From assembly GCA_964403205.1 (NCBI GenBank), contig CAYOER010000004.1, forward strand, positions 1 to 48,521: a stretch of DNA of 48,521 nucleotides, written 5' to 3'. A program made the translations under genes and the position numbers. The DNA comes from an uncultured Candidatus Saccharibacteria bacterium. Its GTDB lineage: Bacteria; Patescibacteriota; Minisyncoccia; Phycocordibacterales; PALSA-1337. The notes under the pieces are model-generated. The model ran no database searches and had not been told where the DNA came from. It worked only from the letters and a program-made list of their open reading frames with translations. This document shows, in pieces, positions 15,947 to 25,195 of this stretch; position 1 is the first letter of the stretch; each line of letters starts with the position of its first letter.

Positions 15947-18475
15947 ATGTCCAATCGTAAACGCCCATGGTGGCTAAAACATATAAAAGGCCTTATAGTC
16001 CTTGCAATATCGCTATTTTTCATAGTTTTAGGAATAGGGACTATATGGTTTTCTACATTGAAAATCCCAGATCTTAGTGCCTTTGAAGCGAGGAAGGTGT
16101 CTCAATCAACAAAGATATTTGATAGAACTGGACAAATACTACTGTATGATGTGCATAATGATACAAAAAGGACAGTAGTACCGTTTACAGAAATATCAAA
16201 ATACATAAAAGACGCTACTATTTCCATAGAAGACATAGATTTCTATAATCATAAAGGAATACAGCCAAGTTCTATTTTGAGAGCTGTTATTGCCAATATT
16301 CTAGGTGGTGGTTCCCTACAGGGTGGTTCTACTATCACACAACAGGTAGTGAAAAATTCTATTTTGACACAAGACAAAACACTAACTAGAAAATTGAAAG
16401 AATGGATACTTTCTCTAAAAATAGAAAAGATCTTAGAAAAAAATCAAATATTTGAAATATATCTCAATGAAAGTCCTTATGGTGGGAATATCTATGGTGT
16501 AGAAGAAGCTAGTAAAACATTTTTTGGTAAAAGTTCAAAAGACGTAACAATAGCAGAATCTGCATATATAGCTGCTATTCCACAAGCTCCAACATTCTAT
16601 TCACCTTATGGTAAAAATAGAGATAGACTAGACGCTAGACAGAGATTGGTTCTAGATAAAATGAAAACTTATGGATATATAGGAGATGATGAATATAAAA
16701 ATGCTATAAAAGAAAAGGTTAATTTCCTAGAGAGAAGCGCCTCGGGAATAAGAGCTCCACATTTCACTATGTATGTGAAGGATTATCTTATAAATAAATA
16801 CGGTGAAGAAATGGTAGAAGAGGGCGGTCTGAAGGTCATAACAACTATAGATTATAGTATCCAAGAGAAAGCAGAAAGTGTGATTTCCAAATTTGCACCG
16901 ACATTACAAGAAAATTTCAATGCAAGTAATATGGCAATGGTAGCTATAAATCCTAAAAATGGAGATATAATCTCCATGGTTGGATCAAAAGATTATTTTT
17001 CAAAGGAAATTGACGGGAATTTCAATGTTGCAACTGCGTACAGACAACCAGGATCAACATTCAAACCTTTCGTATACGCAACTGCTTTCATGAAGGGATA
17101 TACCACAGAAACTGTTTTATTTGATGTAAAAACAGAGTTTTCAACAAGCTGTACTGTAGAAGGACTTCCAAAACTAGGTGTTGATAGTAAAAAGTGTTAT
17201 TCACCAGAAGAATACGATGGATTATATGAAGGACCACTTACTATAAGACAAGCCTTGGCACATTCTAGGAATATACCTGCCGTAAAGGCTCTCTATCTGA
17301 GTGGTATCAAGGATTCTATCGCAACAGCGCAGAGCATGGGTATAACGAGCCTCACAGAGCCAGATAGATATGGTCTTACTCTGGTACTAGGAGGTGGAGA
17401 AGTGTCATTATTGGAATTAACAAGTGCTTATGGAGTATTCGCAAATGATGGTATAAGAAATCCATATAGATCAATACTAAAAGTGGAGGATAGTACAGGA
17501 AAAGTCTTGGAAGAAGCAAAGGATTATCCGAATCAGAGTATACCAGGTGAAATAGCAAGACAAATTTCTGATATTCTCTCTGATCCTAAAGTAAGACTTT
17601 CATATCTAAACCCTTATGTAGATGCTATAGGTGGCAAACAGACAGCAATAAAGACAGGTACAACAAATGATTATAAAGATGTCTGGATAGAAGGCTATAC
17701 ACCTAGTATCGCTGTGGGCTTCTGGGCTGGTAGGAATGATAATACACCAATGCAAAAGAAAGTTGCAGGACTTATAATAGCTCCAGTATGGGGCGCATTC
17801 ATGGCAGAAATAAATGATTATATACCTAGAGAATATTTCAAAAAACCAGAACCATTATCAGAAGATCTTAAACCTTCATTGAAAGGAATATGGAAAGGTG
17901 GTGTTTCTTATAAAATAGATAAAACTTCCAATAAACTAGCTACAGAATACACTCCAGAAGAATTAAAAGAAGAGGTAGTTGTAAACGGCGTGCATACTAT
18001 TCTACATTGGATAGATAAAAGTAATCCAAATGGCCCAATACCTACAAATCCACAAAATGATTCTCAATATGAATATTGGGAATATGGTGTGAGAAAGTGG
18101 TTTGATAATTGGAGGATGAGCAATCCAGGCTTCATAGAATCATCTGTTATTAATATGCCTAATGAAAAAGACAATGTTCATACTCTAGAAAATTCCCCAA
18201 GAGTAAATATATCCACACCGATTCAAAACTCTATATTGAAATTAAGGATAAAAACATCTTTAGAACTATCTGTTGATAGTAAATATCCATTGATTAAATC
18301 AGAATTATATGTAAATGATAGATATATATCTACAAATAGTACAAATCCAAAATCAATACCATTTATACCGGTAGACGTGGGTATGGCAATAGGTAGAAAT
18401 GTTATAAAAGTTATTGTTTACGATAATGTATTAAACAATGGAGTATCAACAGTAGATATTATGGTGGAGGATTAA
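15947..18475 (+). CDS. Class A penicillin-binding protein (glycosyltransferase + transpeptidase) with an extra C-terminal domain
   Basis: GT51 motifs EDIDFYNHKGI, GGSTITQQ and RKLKE. Transpeptidase motifs STFKP, SRN and KTGTT. N-terminal TM anchor. Confidence 0.9.
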   Translation: MSNRKRPWWLKHIKGLIVLAISLFFIVLGIGTIWFSTLKIPDLSAFEARKVSQSTKIFDRTGQILLYDVHNDTKRTVVPFTEISKYIKDATISIEDIDFYNHKGIQPSSILRAVIANILGGGSLQGGSTITQQVVKNSILTQDKTLTRKLKEWILSLKIEKILEKNQIFEIYLNESPYGGNIYGVEEASKTFFGKSSKDVTIAESAYIAAIPQAPTFYSPYGKNRDRLDARQRLVLDKMKTYGYIGDDEYKNAIKEKVNFLERSASGIRAPHFTMYVKDYLINKYGEEMVEEGGLKVITTIDYSIQEKAESVISKFAPTLQENFNASNMAMVAINPKNGDIISMVGSKDYFSKEIDGNFNVATAYRQPGSTFKPFVYATAFMKGYTTETVLFDVKTEFSTSCTVEGLPKLGVDSKKCYSPEEYDGLYEGPLTIRQALAHSRNIPAVKALYLSGIKDSIATAQSMGITSLTEPDRYGLTLVLGGGEVSLLELTSAYGVFANDGIRNPYRSILKVEDSTGKVLEEAKDYPNQSIPGEIARQISDILSDPKVRLSYLNPYVDAIGGKQTAIKTGTTNDYKDVWIEGYTPSIAVGFWAGRNDNTPMQKKVAGLIIAPVWGAFMAEINDYIPREYFKKPEPLSEDLKPSLKGIWKGGVSYKIDKTSNKLATEYTPEELKEEVVVNGVHTILHWIDKSNPNGPIPTNPQNDSQYEYWEYGVRKWFDNWRMSNPGFIESSVINMPNEKDNVHTLENSPRVNISTPIQNSILKLRIKTSLELSVDSKYPLIKSELYVNDRYISTNSTNPKSIPFIPVDVGMAIGRNVIKVIVYDNVLNNGVSTVDIMVED

Positions 18476-18729
18476 TTTATATCAGAAATACTATTTCCCT
18501 CAATTTTTTTATTAATTTCCTTTAAGATCCTAGCCTTTTTAATAAAAATCTCACTTTTTTCTATAGAAGATAGTTTTATTTTCAATACTCCAGATGAAAT
18601 ATTAATATTTTTTATATCAATATCTATCTTTGTTATGTCTTTTATTATTTTAGCTATATTATCTCTATTATAAATTTCTTTTACAGCTCTGTTTCTTATT
18701 TTGTCGAAAAAATTACCTATTTTCTTCAT
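18472..18729 (-). CDS. Small protein downstream of dnaN, possibly DUF721/DciA-like
   Basis: Its position directly after dnaN and the pattern ...SSGVLKIKLSSIEKSEIFIKKARILKEINKKI resemble DUF721 proteins. The assignment is weak. Confidence 0.4.
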   Translation of the reverse strand: MKKIGNFFDKIRNRAVKEIYNRDNIAKIIKDITKIDIDIKNINISSGVLKIKLSSIEKSEIFIKKARILKEINKKIEGNSISDIN

Positions 18730-18730
18730 A

Positions 18731-19834
18731 TTATCTATTCATCGGCATGACAATATATCGGAAAGTTCTATCTGATACTGGAGATATTATCATTGGTTTA
18801 TGCATTCCATTCAGGGTTAGAGTAACGCTATCAGAATCAATAGATTGAAAACAATCAATAATATATTTGTAATTGAAATTAATATCTATAGTCTCCCCTG
18901 TTATAACAGCGTCTATAATGCTCGTATTTTCCCCTATATCATTATTTTTTGTTCTTATCTCACATTTCTTCATAGAGGGCACTTTTATATTAACCTGATT
19001 GAATTTATCAGAAAAAATATTTGATAATTTCAAAGCATTTACTAGATCTTGCTTTAGAACTGTTATATCGGTTAGGCTTTGTTTAGGTATTATCTGTTTA
19101 TAATCTGGGAAAACACCGTCTATAACTCTAGATGTGAGATATATTCCATTATAAGTAAAGGATATTTGATTTTTTTCTAATTGAACTTCAACATCTCCAC
19201 TTACTTTCTCTAGAACTCTTATTATTTCTGTAATATTTTTATACGGAAGCAAAATCTGGCCGAAATCCTTACTTTTCCTCATTTTTATTTTCTTTTCAGC
19301 AAGACGGAATGAGTCTGTAGCTACAAAGATAACAAATTCATCTTCGCAATATATATAAACACTGGATAATTCTGGTTTTATACTAGAAATTGATGAGCTA
19401 TACCATGTTGATTTCAATCCTTTTACAAAATCTGATGCAGAAAGTGTAAATTTATTATCACTTTCAATACGTGGAATATTCGGGAAATCTTCAGTAGATA
19501 AAGTTTTTATTATTCCTGAATTTTTAGATGTAATAACTTTTATATTTCCTTGATTTTCTTCTATTTTAATACTTTTTTCATTATCTGAAGTGCTATCTAT
19601 GAAAGATGAGAAAACCTGGCCTGGAATAGCAACAGATCCGCTTTCTTCAATTTTTGCAGGTATTTCTATTTCAATACCTAGATCTAGATTGGTTGATATT
19701 ATAATTAAAGAGTTATTTTTATTTGTTTCAATTAGGAAACAAGATAGAACAGGCAGAGTCATATTCTTCCCTACTATATACCTAGATATACCCACTGCTT
19801 CTTTTATTTTTTCTTGTGAACATTCTATTCTCAT
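18731..19834 (-). CDS. dnaN: DNA polymerase III beta sliding clamp
   Basis: 367-aa ORF directly downstream of dnaA with a typical beta-clamp N-terminus (KEAVGISRYIVGKNMTLPVLSCFLIET) and C-terminus (FRYIVMPMNR). Confidence 0.9.
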   Translation of the reverse strand: MRIECSQEKIKEAVGISRYIVGKNMTLPVLSCFLIETNKNNSLIIISTNLDLGIEIEIPAKIEESGSVAIPGQVFSSFIDSTSDNEKSIKIEENQGNIKVITSKNSGIIKTLSTEDFPNIPRIESDNKFTLSASDFVKGLKSTWYSSSISSIKPELSSVYIYCEDEFVIFVATDSFRLAEKKIKMRKSKDFGQILLPYKNITEIIRVLEKVSGDVEVQLEKNQISFTYNGIYLTSRVIDGVFPDYKQIIPKQSLTDITVLKQDLVNALKLSNIFSDKFNQVNIKVPSMKKCEIRTKNNDIGENTSIIDAVITGETIDINFNYKYIIDCFQSIDSDSVTLTLNGMHKPMIISPVSDRTFRYIVMPMNR

Positions 19835-20056
19835 AATTTTGTATTTATATAAATAAAGATTACTATTATTATTAGTCCTGTGGATATGTTGATAAATGGT
19901 TTATATGACTCGGTGTATGGTTATTTCTGAATCCTAAACTGTTAATAAATAAATAATAATTTTTCATATCTTTTTATTTTTATTTTCTAAATATTTTTTT
20001 ATGTTACTTTTTAACATTCTTTTAACAGTTTATTAACAATGTTATTCACAGTTTTT
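19835..20056. other. Putative oriC segment (DnaA boxes plus AT-rich unwinding region) in the dnaA-dnaN spacer
   Basis: DnaA-box-like 9-mers: ATATCCACA (minus strand, 19879-19887), TTATTAACA (20030-20038) and TTATTCACA (20042-20050). An almost pure A/T stretch lies between them (about 19940-20010). Confidence 0.5.
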
Positions 20057-21400
20057 CTACAACATAGAACGTATCTGTGAAATCTCATCTACCAAGACTT
20101 GATTATTCTTCAAATCTTCTTTTATTTTCTCACAAGAATGAATAACGGTTGTATGATCTCTTCCTCCTATTTTATCCCCTATTGATGGGAATGAAACATT
20201 CAGATCTTCTCTAAGTATATACATAATCACTTGTCTCGGCTTCACAACCTCTTTTTTTCTTGTTTTATCATATACACTTTCCTCACTTATATTATAGAAT
20301 TCTGAAATAATTTTTACTACATCTTTTATAGATATATTTTTCTTTGGTTTTGTGCTGTTTTTAATTAAGTTTTTTACTTCTAATATAGATAGAGGCCTCT
20401 TTTTTAGCTGGGTTTGGCAAACTACCGCATTTATTACACCTTCCAATTCCCTAACATTACTCTCTATATTCTCTGCTAGATATTCCAATACAGTGTTTTC
20501 TAATATTATATTATTCAATAGACTCTTTGCTTTCAATATAGCTATTCTAGATTCTTTATCGGGTGCCGGTAATTCTATTATCATTCCTGCATTGAAACGA
20601 GATTTTATCCTATCTTCTAGACCGGGTATGAAATTCGGATGTTTATCACAAGAAAAAACTAATTGACGATTGCTTTCATGAAAAGTATTGAAAAGATAGA
20701 AGAATTCTTCTTGGAATTTGTCTTTACCAGAGAAGAACTGTACATCATCCATGATAATAACATCATATTTCCTATATTTTTCCTTGAATTGTTGGGCCTT
20801 ATTGCTTTGTAAGGCATTGAAATATTCAGATCCGAATCTCTCTGATGTAAGATAGAAGACTTTCTTATCCGGATAATCTTTCTTTATATGATTACCTATT
20901 GCTTGTATTAGATGTGTCTTGCCGTGTCCTGTATTCCCATAGATGAAGAGTGGGTTATAGGCCATTCCAGGGCTCTTCACTACAGTTTTAGACGCTGCAT
21001 GGGCTAGTTCATTGAATGGTCCAACAACAAAGTTATCAAAAATGTATCTTGGATTGAGATTATCATCCCTATTTATATAGAAATCCTGCAAAGGCATGGA
21101 TATTGTGGGTGTACCATTCCCTTTTTTACTTATACCAGCTTTCTTTTCCCCATCTTTTGTTATTATATATTCTAGAGATCGGACTTGCTCATCTATTTTC
21201 CTCAAGGATCGCAATATAACATTATGGAATTTCTTATAAAGCCAGTCTTTCGTGAAGGAATTAGGAACACCGAGGTATATCACACCCTCTTCCTGCTTTA
21301 TTAAGCATGTATCTTTGAACCATGTAGAGAAATTTGCTTCTGATACAGCAAGCTCTATCTCTACCAAAGTATTCTCCCAGAGTTTTTCTTGATCATTCAT
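20057..21400 (-). CDS. dnaA: Chromosomal replication initiator DnaA
   Basis: AAA+ Walker A GNTGHGKTHL, Walker B VIIMDDVQF, and a C-terminal DNA-binding domain (SFPSIGDKIGGRDHTTVIHSCEKI). Confidence 0.95.
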   Translation of the reverse strand: MNDQEKLWENTLVEIELAVSEANFSTWFKDTCLIKQEEGVIYLGVPNSFTKDWLYKKFHNVILRSLRKIDEQVRSLEYIITKDGEKKAGISKKGNGTPTISMPLQDFYINRDDNLNPRYIFDNFVVGPFNELAHAASKTVVKSPGMAYNPLFIYGNTGHGKTHLIQAIGNHIKKDYPDKKVFYLTSERFGSEYFNALQSNKAQQFKEKYRKYDVIIMDDVQFFSGKDKFQEEFFYLFNTFHESNRQLVFSCDKHPNFIPGLEDRIKSRFNAGMIIELPAPDKESRIAILKAKSLLNNIILENTVLEYLAENIESNVRELEGVINAVVCQTQLKKRPLSILEVKNLIKNSTKPKKNISIKDVVKIISEFYNISEESVYDKTRKKEVVKPRQVIMYILREDLNVSFPSIGDKIGGRDHTTVIHSCEKIKEDLKNNQVLVDEISQIRSML

Positions 21401-21538
21401 TTTGATAAATCTCTTTGATAAAAATAAAAAATAATACTATCAGTATATACTTGTTTAAAAAATATCAAACTTGTGTAATGCGAATAAATATGTTGATAAC
21501 ATGTGGATTGTGTTAATATCTCTAAAAATATAAAAATC

Positions 21539-21567
21539 TTGCCTTTTTATCAATCGTAATGTATGCT
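21539..21567 (+). promoter_or_regulatory. Candidate rpmH promoter
   Basis: TTGCCT-17 nt-TATGCT, with the -10 ending 9 nt before the ATG at 21577. The same spacer holds a DnaA-box-like TGTGGATTG (21502-21510) and two CTTTGATAAA repeats. Confidence 0.4.
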
Positions 21568-21576
21568 TTCTCTATT

Positions 21577-21711
21577 ATGTCATTTACATATCAACCTAAA
21601 AAAAGAAAGAGAGCTCGTACACATGGATTCCTAGTCAGGAAAAAGACCACAGCTGGAAGAAATGTTGTGAAGAGACGCAGAGCTAAAGGACGAAAGAAAA
21701 TAGCTATTTAA
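21577..21711 (+). CDS. rpmH: 50S ribosomal protein L34
   Basis: A hand-translated 44-aa [47 protein letters not shown]. It is below the size cutoff of the ORF track and sits upstream of rnpA. Confidence 0.9.
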   Translation: MSFTYQPKKRKRARTHGFLVRKKTTAGRNVVKRRRAKGRKKIAI

Positions 21712-21712
21712 T

Positions 21713-22048
21713 ATGCTTCCTAAAATAAAAAGGCTAAATACAGCCCTTTTTAAGAAAGTAATAGACACAGGCAGAAGTCTGCATTCTGAATTATTTATAA
21801 TAAGATCTGTAAAGGACAAAAGTCTTTTAAAGTTTTCTGTCTCTGTACCAAAGAAAATATCAAAGACAGCTGTCCTTAGGAATCAGATAAGGAGAAGAGT
21901 ATATACTGCTATAAGTTCATTCCAAGATTTAAAAGAAGAGAATATGAAAGTTTTATTTATAGCAAAACCTGCAATACTAAAAATGAATACAAATGAAATC
22001 AAACCATATATTAGAGAAATCTTTGTTAAATTGGGACTTTTAAAGTAG
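21713..22048 (+). CDS. rnpA: Ribonuclease P protein component
   Basis: 111-aa basic protein immediately after rpmH (KRLNTALFKKV..., RNQIRRRVY). Confidence 0.85.
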   Translation: MLPKIKRLNTALFKKVIDTGRSLHSELFIIRSVKDKSLLKFSVSVPKKISKTAVLRNQIRRRVYTAISSFQDLKEENMKVLFIAKPAILKMNTNEIKPYIREIFVKLGLLK

Positions 22049-22057
22049 AATAGCTAT

Positions 22058-22798
22058 ATGTTTTCATATCTATACCATTCATTCATCTTTGACCCACTAT
22101 ATAATGGATTGATTTTTCTTATGGATTTTCTGCCATGGATAGATGCAGGTATGGCTATTGTTATATTCACTATCATAGTCAGACTCATACTATTTCCCCT
22201 TTCAAAGAAAGCCATAGTCACGCAGATAATGATGAAGAAAATAGAGCCAGAAATAAATAAGATAAAGAATAGTATGGTAAATGATCGCCAAGGTCAAGCT
22301 CTAAAGATGATGGCACTGTATAAAGAGAAAGGAATCAGCCCATTTTCAAGCTTTTTCTTTCTTTTGATACAATTACCCATTATTTTTGCTCTTTATTCAA
22401 TCTTTATAAATTCTGGATTACCAGATATTAATACATCTATTCTCTATAGTTTTATTAAAGAACCAATAGTAGATATGGATTTCCTCGGTATTGTCGATAT
22501 TGGTATGAAGAATATACCACTAGCCATAATTGCAGCTATTGCCCAGTTTGCACAGCTACACTACTCTGTCGGTATAAATAAGAATAAGAATGATGATAAA
22601 TCAATATCAAATCCAAAGAAAGAGATGAATCAAATGGATATAGCACAGAATATGACAAAAAATATGAAATATGTTTTTCCAGTGATTATCTTTGTAATAT
22701 CCTATCAATATGCTTCTGTTGTAGCTTTATATTTCATTGTTTCCAGTCTTTTCACTCTTGCTCAGGAACTATATGTGAAGAAAAAGCTATCTATTTAG
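22058..22798 (+). CDS. yidC: Membrane protein insertase YidC (short, Gram-positive-like form)
   Basis: Follows rnpA. A polytopic protein with the conserved PLSKK...Q...M..I.PE...IK and LY.....SPF motifs. Confidence 0.85.
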   Translation: MFSYLYHSFIFDPLYNGLIFLMDFLPWIDAGMAIVIFTIIVRLILFPLSKKAIVTQIMMKKIEPEINKIKNSMVNDRQGQALKMMALYKEKGISPFSSFFFLLIQLPIIFALYSIFINSGLPDINTSILYSFIKEPIVDMDFLGIVDIGMKNIPLAIIAAIAQFAQLHYSVGINKNKNDDKSISNPKKEMNQMDIAQNMTKNMKYVFPVIIFVISYQYASVVALYFIVSSLFTLAQELYVKKKLSI

Positions 22799-24043
22799 GT
22801 CCAGTGACCATAGATTAAGGTCGTTTTTATTAATAAAGTATAAGAAATCCTCTTTTGTATCTAGACCAATATCCGTTACATCTATAAGACTCTTTGAAAG
22901 TGTGAGTAGATCTGCTAATAGATGAACTTCTCCAGTATCTGTATTGAGATACCATATTTTATCAATAAATGAAATATTACCCTTATACCAATCATCAGGA
23001 TATACACCCTCTGGGAACTCTACCGGTACAGCACAATATATTTCATTTACTCTCAATTTACTCCATACACATTTATCAGCTAGAGTTTTGAATATTATTG
23101 ATTGTGAAGAATTATTCTTTACATTATATATGAAACTAGAGATATTCTTTGCATTACTACCTGCTGAAAATAGTATATTCTTTGCATCAGGACTTGCTTT
23201 TGCTGATAGACCTATGATTTGGCCTAACATTTTCTTTACCATTCCTGTCTTTATATCTATGAAATAGGAATATCCATAGGAATACCCAGAAGATTTTGTT
23301 GTTGCCATCAAGGTATTCTCTTCTGGCCAAGAAATATTTACCTGTGTTATGGGTGTATTCCAGATTTTCGTCTTTTTACTTTCATCAAATCCAGATACAT
23401 AGCCTATTCCTGTGCCATCTTCAAGATTGAAAGTGAATATTCTATCCCCTTTTGGTGATACAGCGACCTCTTTTATACTAGAAGAAATTATCCTACCTTT
23501 TGTTTGATATGGAGTTCTGTCTGTTGTTGATCCTGTATTTGTCGATACTTCTATTTTTCCATAGAGATTTGTGACTATATCTGTTCCCTCTTTTATATAT
23601 CTGAGTATTGTAGCATCTAGATTTTTATTCCAATATCCTTCATAGACTCTAGCTATTGTTGTATTGGATATTTTCTCTACAGACTCTCTATCACTCTTTG
23701 CTTCATAGATATGTCCTGTACCACGATCTATGTATCTTACTATAGTAGAGTCTACTGTAGAGCTCGCCATATACCCCGCTACTGGTTCCTGGCTTATACG
23801 TCTCAATATTGGCATCTCTACTATATTTTCTACTGGTACTTCTTCTTTAGTAGTTGTCGCTTTTTTTATAATAGGCTCATCTGTTTTAACTGTAGATCTA
23901 TTGAAAGGATTAAATCTCTGCACTAGTGTTGGTTCTGTATCGTCTGTATTTGTTTCTGTTGGTGTATCTGCTGTGAATAGCCAGAAGGCTATTCCGGCAG
24001 TGATGATGATTAGTATTATTAATATAATTAATATTTTTTTCAT
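22787..24043 (-). CDS. Hypothetical membrane-anchored extracytoplasmic protein (418 aa); last gene of the T4SS-like operon
   Basis: N-terminal TM helix followed by a beta-rich body. The gap to the upstream gene is 3 nt. Confidence 0.6.
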   Translation of the reverse strand: MKKILIILIILIIITAGIAFWLFTADTPTETNTDDTEPTLVQRFNPFNRSTVKTDEPIIKKATTTKEEVPVENIVEMPILRRISQEPVAGYMASSTVDSTIVRYIDRGTGHIYEAKSDRESVEKISNTTIARVYEGYWNKNLDATILRYIKEGTDIVTNLYGKIEVSTNTGSTTDRTPYQTKGRIISSSIKEVAVSPKGDRIFTFNLEDGTGIGYVSGFDESKKTKIWNTPITQVNISWPEENTLMATTKSSGYSYGYSYFIDIKTGMVKKMLGQIIGLSAKASPDAKNILFSAGSNAKNISSFIYNVKNNSSQSIIFKTLADKCVWSKLRVNEIYCAVPVEFPEGVYPDDWYKGNISFIDKIWYLNTDTGEVHLLADLLTLSKSLIDVTDIGLDTKEDFLYFINKNDLNLWSLDLNR

Positions 24044-24046
24044 GGA

Positions 24047-25195
24047 TTAGTTACTACTTTGTGGTGTATTTATACCTAATACTCCTTGTATTGCCTTTAC
24101 TCTCATCTCTTTTAATGTTTGATATTCTTTCATAAGCTCATTATCAGTTCTATATCCAGCTCCCAGACTATCAGGTTTTGAATAATCTTCTAAGTCTTTT
24201 TTTAAATTAGGTTCATAACGACTTCTCATTTCTGGATAGTCTTTATATTTAAGATAGGATATTATATCCTTAGCTATTCTCTGTTCTTCTTTAATTTGTT
24301 CAATATAGAAATTTTTTCTCATAGATACCATTGTTGCATTTTCATAATCATTCAAGGTTTTCAATTTATTTGCATATTCATCTAGTGAATTTATTTGATA
24401 TAGATAATCATCTAAAGCGATTTTACCAATATCTGTCAATTCCCCTAATTTACTTGTATTAGGGGAATCAGTTATATAGTTTCCTGGTTTACCTAGATAG
24501 ATTATTGCATCAGAAAAATTGTTTGATCCTCTATAAACAGCAAATATTTTTATAATTTTTGCTTCATTTCTTTTTAGCTCTGACTTGAATGATGCTAGAT
24601 TACTATCTTCTTCTGGAGTTAAACCCTCGTCCTCCTTTTTCTTTTCGAGGGCATCTATGCTTTTCTGAATGTCTATATTTAGGTTTTGTAAATTACTTAC
24701 TTCAGCTTTATTTACTTCATTTAATTTTTGTATATCTTCTCCTAATCGATCAATAAATTTATTTACATCACCTATATCCTTTATAGCTATCGGCGGTATA
24801 GTCGTATTTATCATTACCAATCTTGGATCTATTGTACGCAATATTAAATATGACACTAGAACCCCAGCAAGACCAAGAACTGCATTAGTAATTGTCGCTT
24901 TTCCATCCATCTTTTTTATTGGTGATTCACTTATTAGATATTGGAAACCACCCCAGATTATCATCACTACAGCGAGGAAGGCAGCTAGTGCTATGGAGAA
25001 TTTGAATACATAAGCTATATATGTATTTATATTTATTTTCGGTATCGTTTCTCCTGTTGTGCAGTTATTCCCTGTTCCCTCTATACATGGTAATGGCTCT
25101 AATAGAGTATATTCATCTGCTTTTACTATAGAGAAGCTAGTACTGAAGCTTATTATTAAAAACATTATTAAAATATAAAATATTTTATTTTTCAT
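24047..25195 (-). CDS. VirB2/TrbC-like T4SS pilin-domain protein with a long C-terminal coiled-coil extension (382 aa)
   Basis: Signal peptide, a Cys pair (LPCIEGTGNNC), then two hydrophobic helices (YIAYVFKFSIALAAFLAVVMIIWGGFQYL and ITNAVLGLAGVLVSYLILRTIDP). About 250 aa of charged, helical sequence follows. Confidence 0.5.
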   Translation of the reverse strand: MKNKIFYILIMFLIISFSTSFSIVKADEYTLLEPLPCIEGTGNNCTTGETIPKININTYIAYVFKFSIALAAFLAVVMIIWGGFQYLISESPIKKMDGKATITNAVLGLAGVLVSYLILRTIDPRLVMINTTIPPIAIKDIGDVNKFIDRLGEDIQKLNEVNKAEVSNLQNLNIDIQKSIDALEKKKEDEGLTPEEDSNLASFKSELKRNEAKIIKIFAVYRGSNNFSDAIIYLGKPGNYITDSPNTSKLGELTDIGKIALDDYLYQINSLDEYANKLKTLNDYENATMVSMRKNFYIEQIKEEQRIAKDIISYLKYKDYPEMRSRYEPNLKKDLEDYSKPDSLGAGYRTDNELMKEYQTLKEMRVKAIQGVLGINTPQSSN

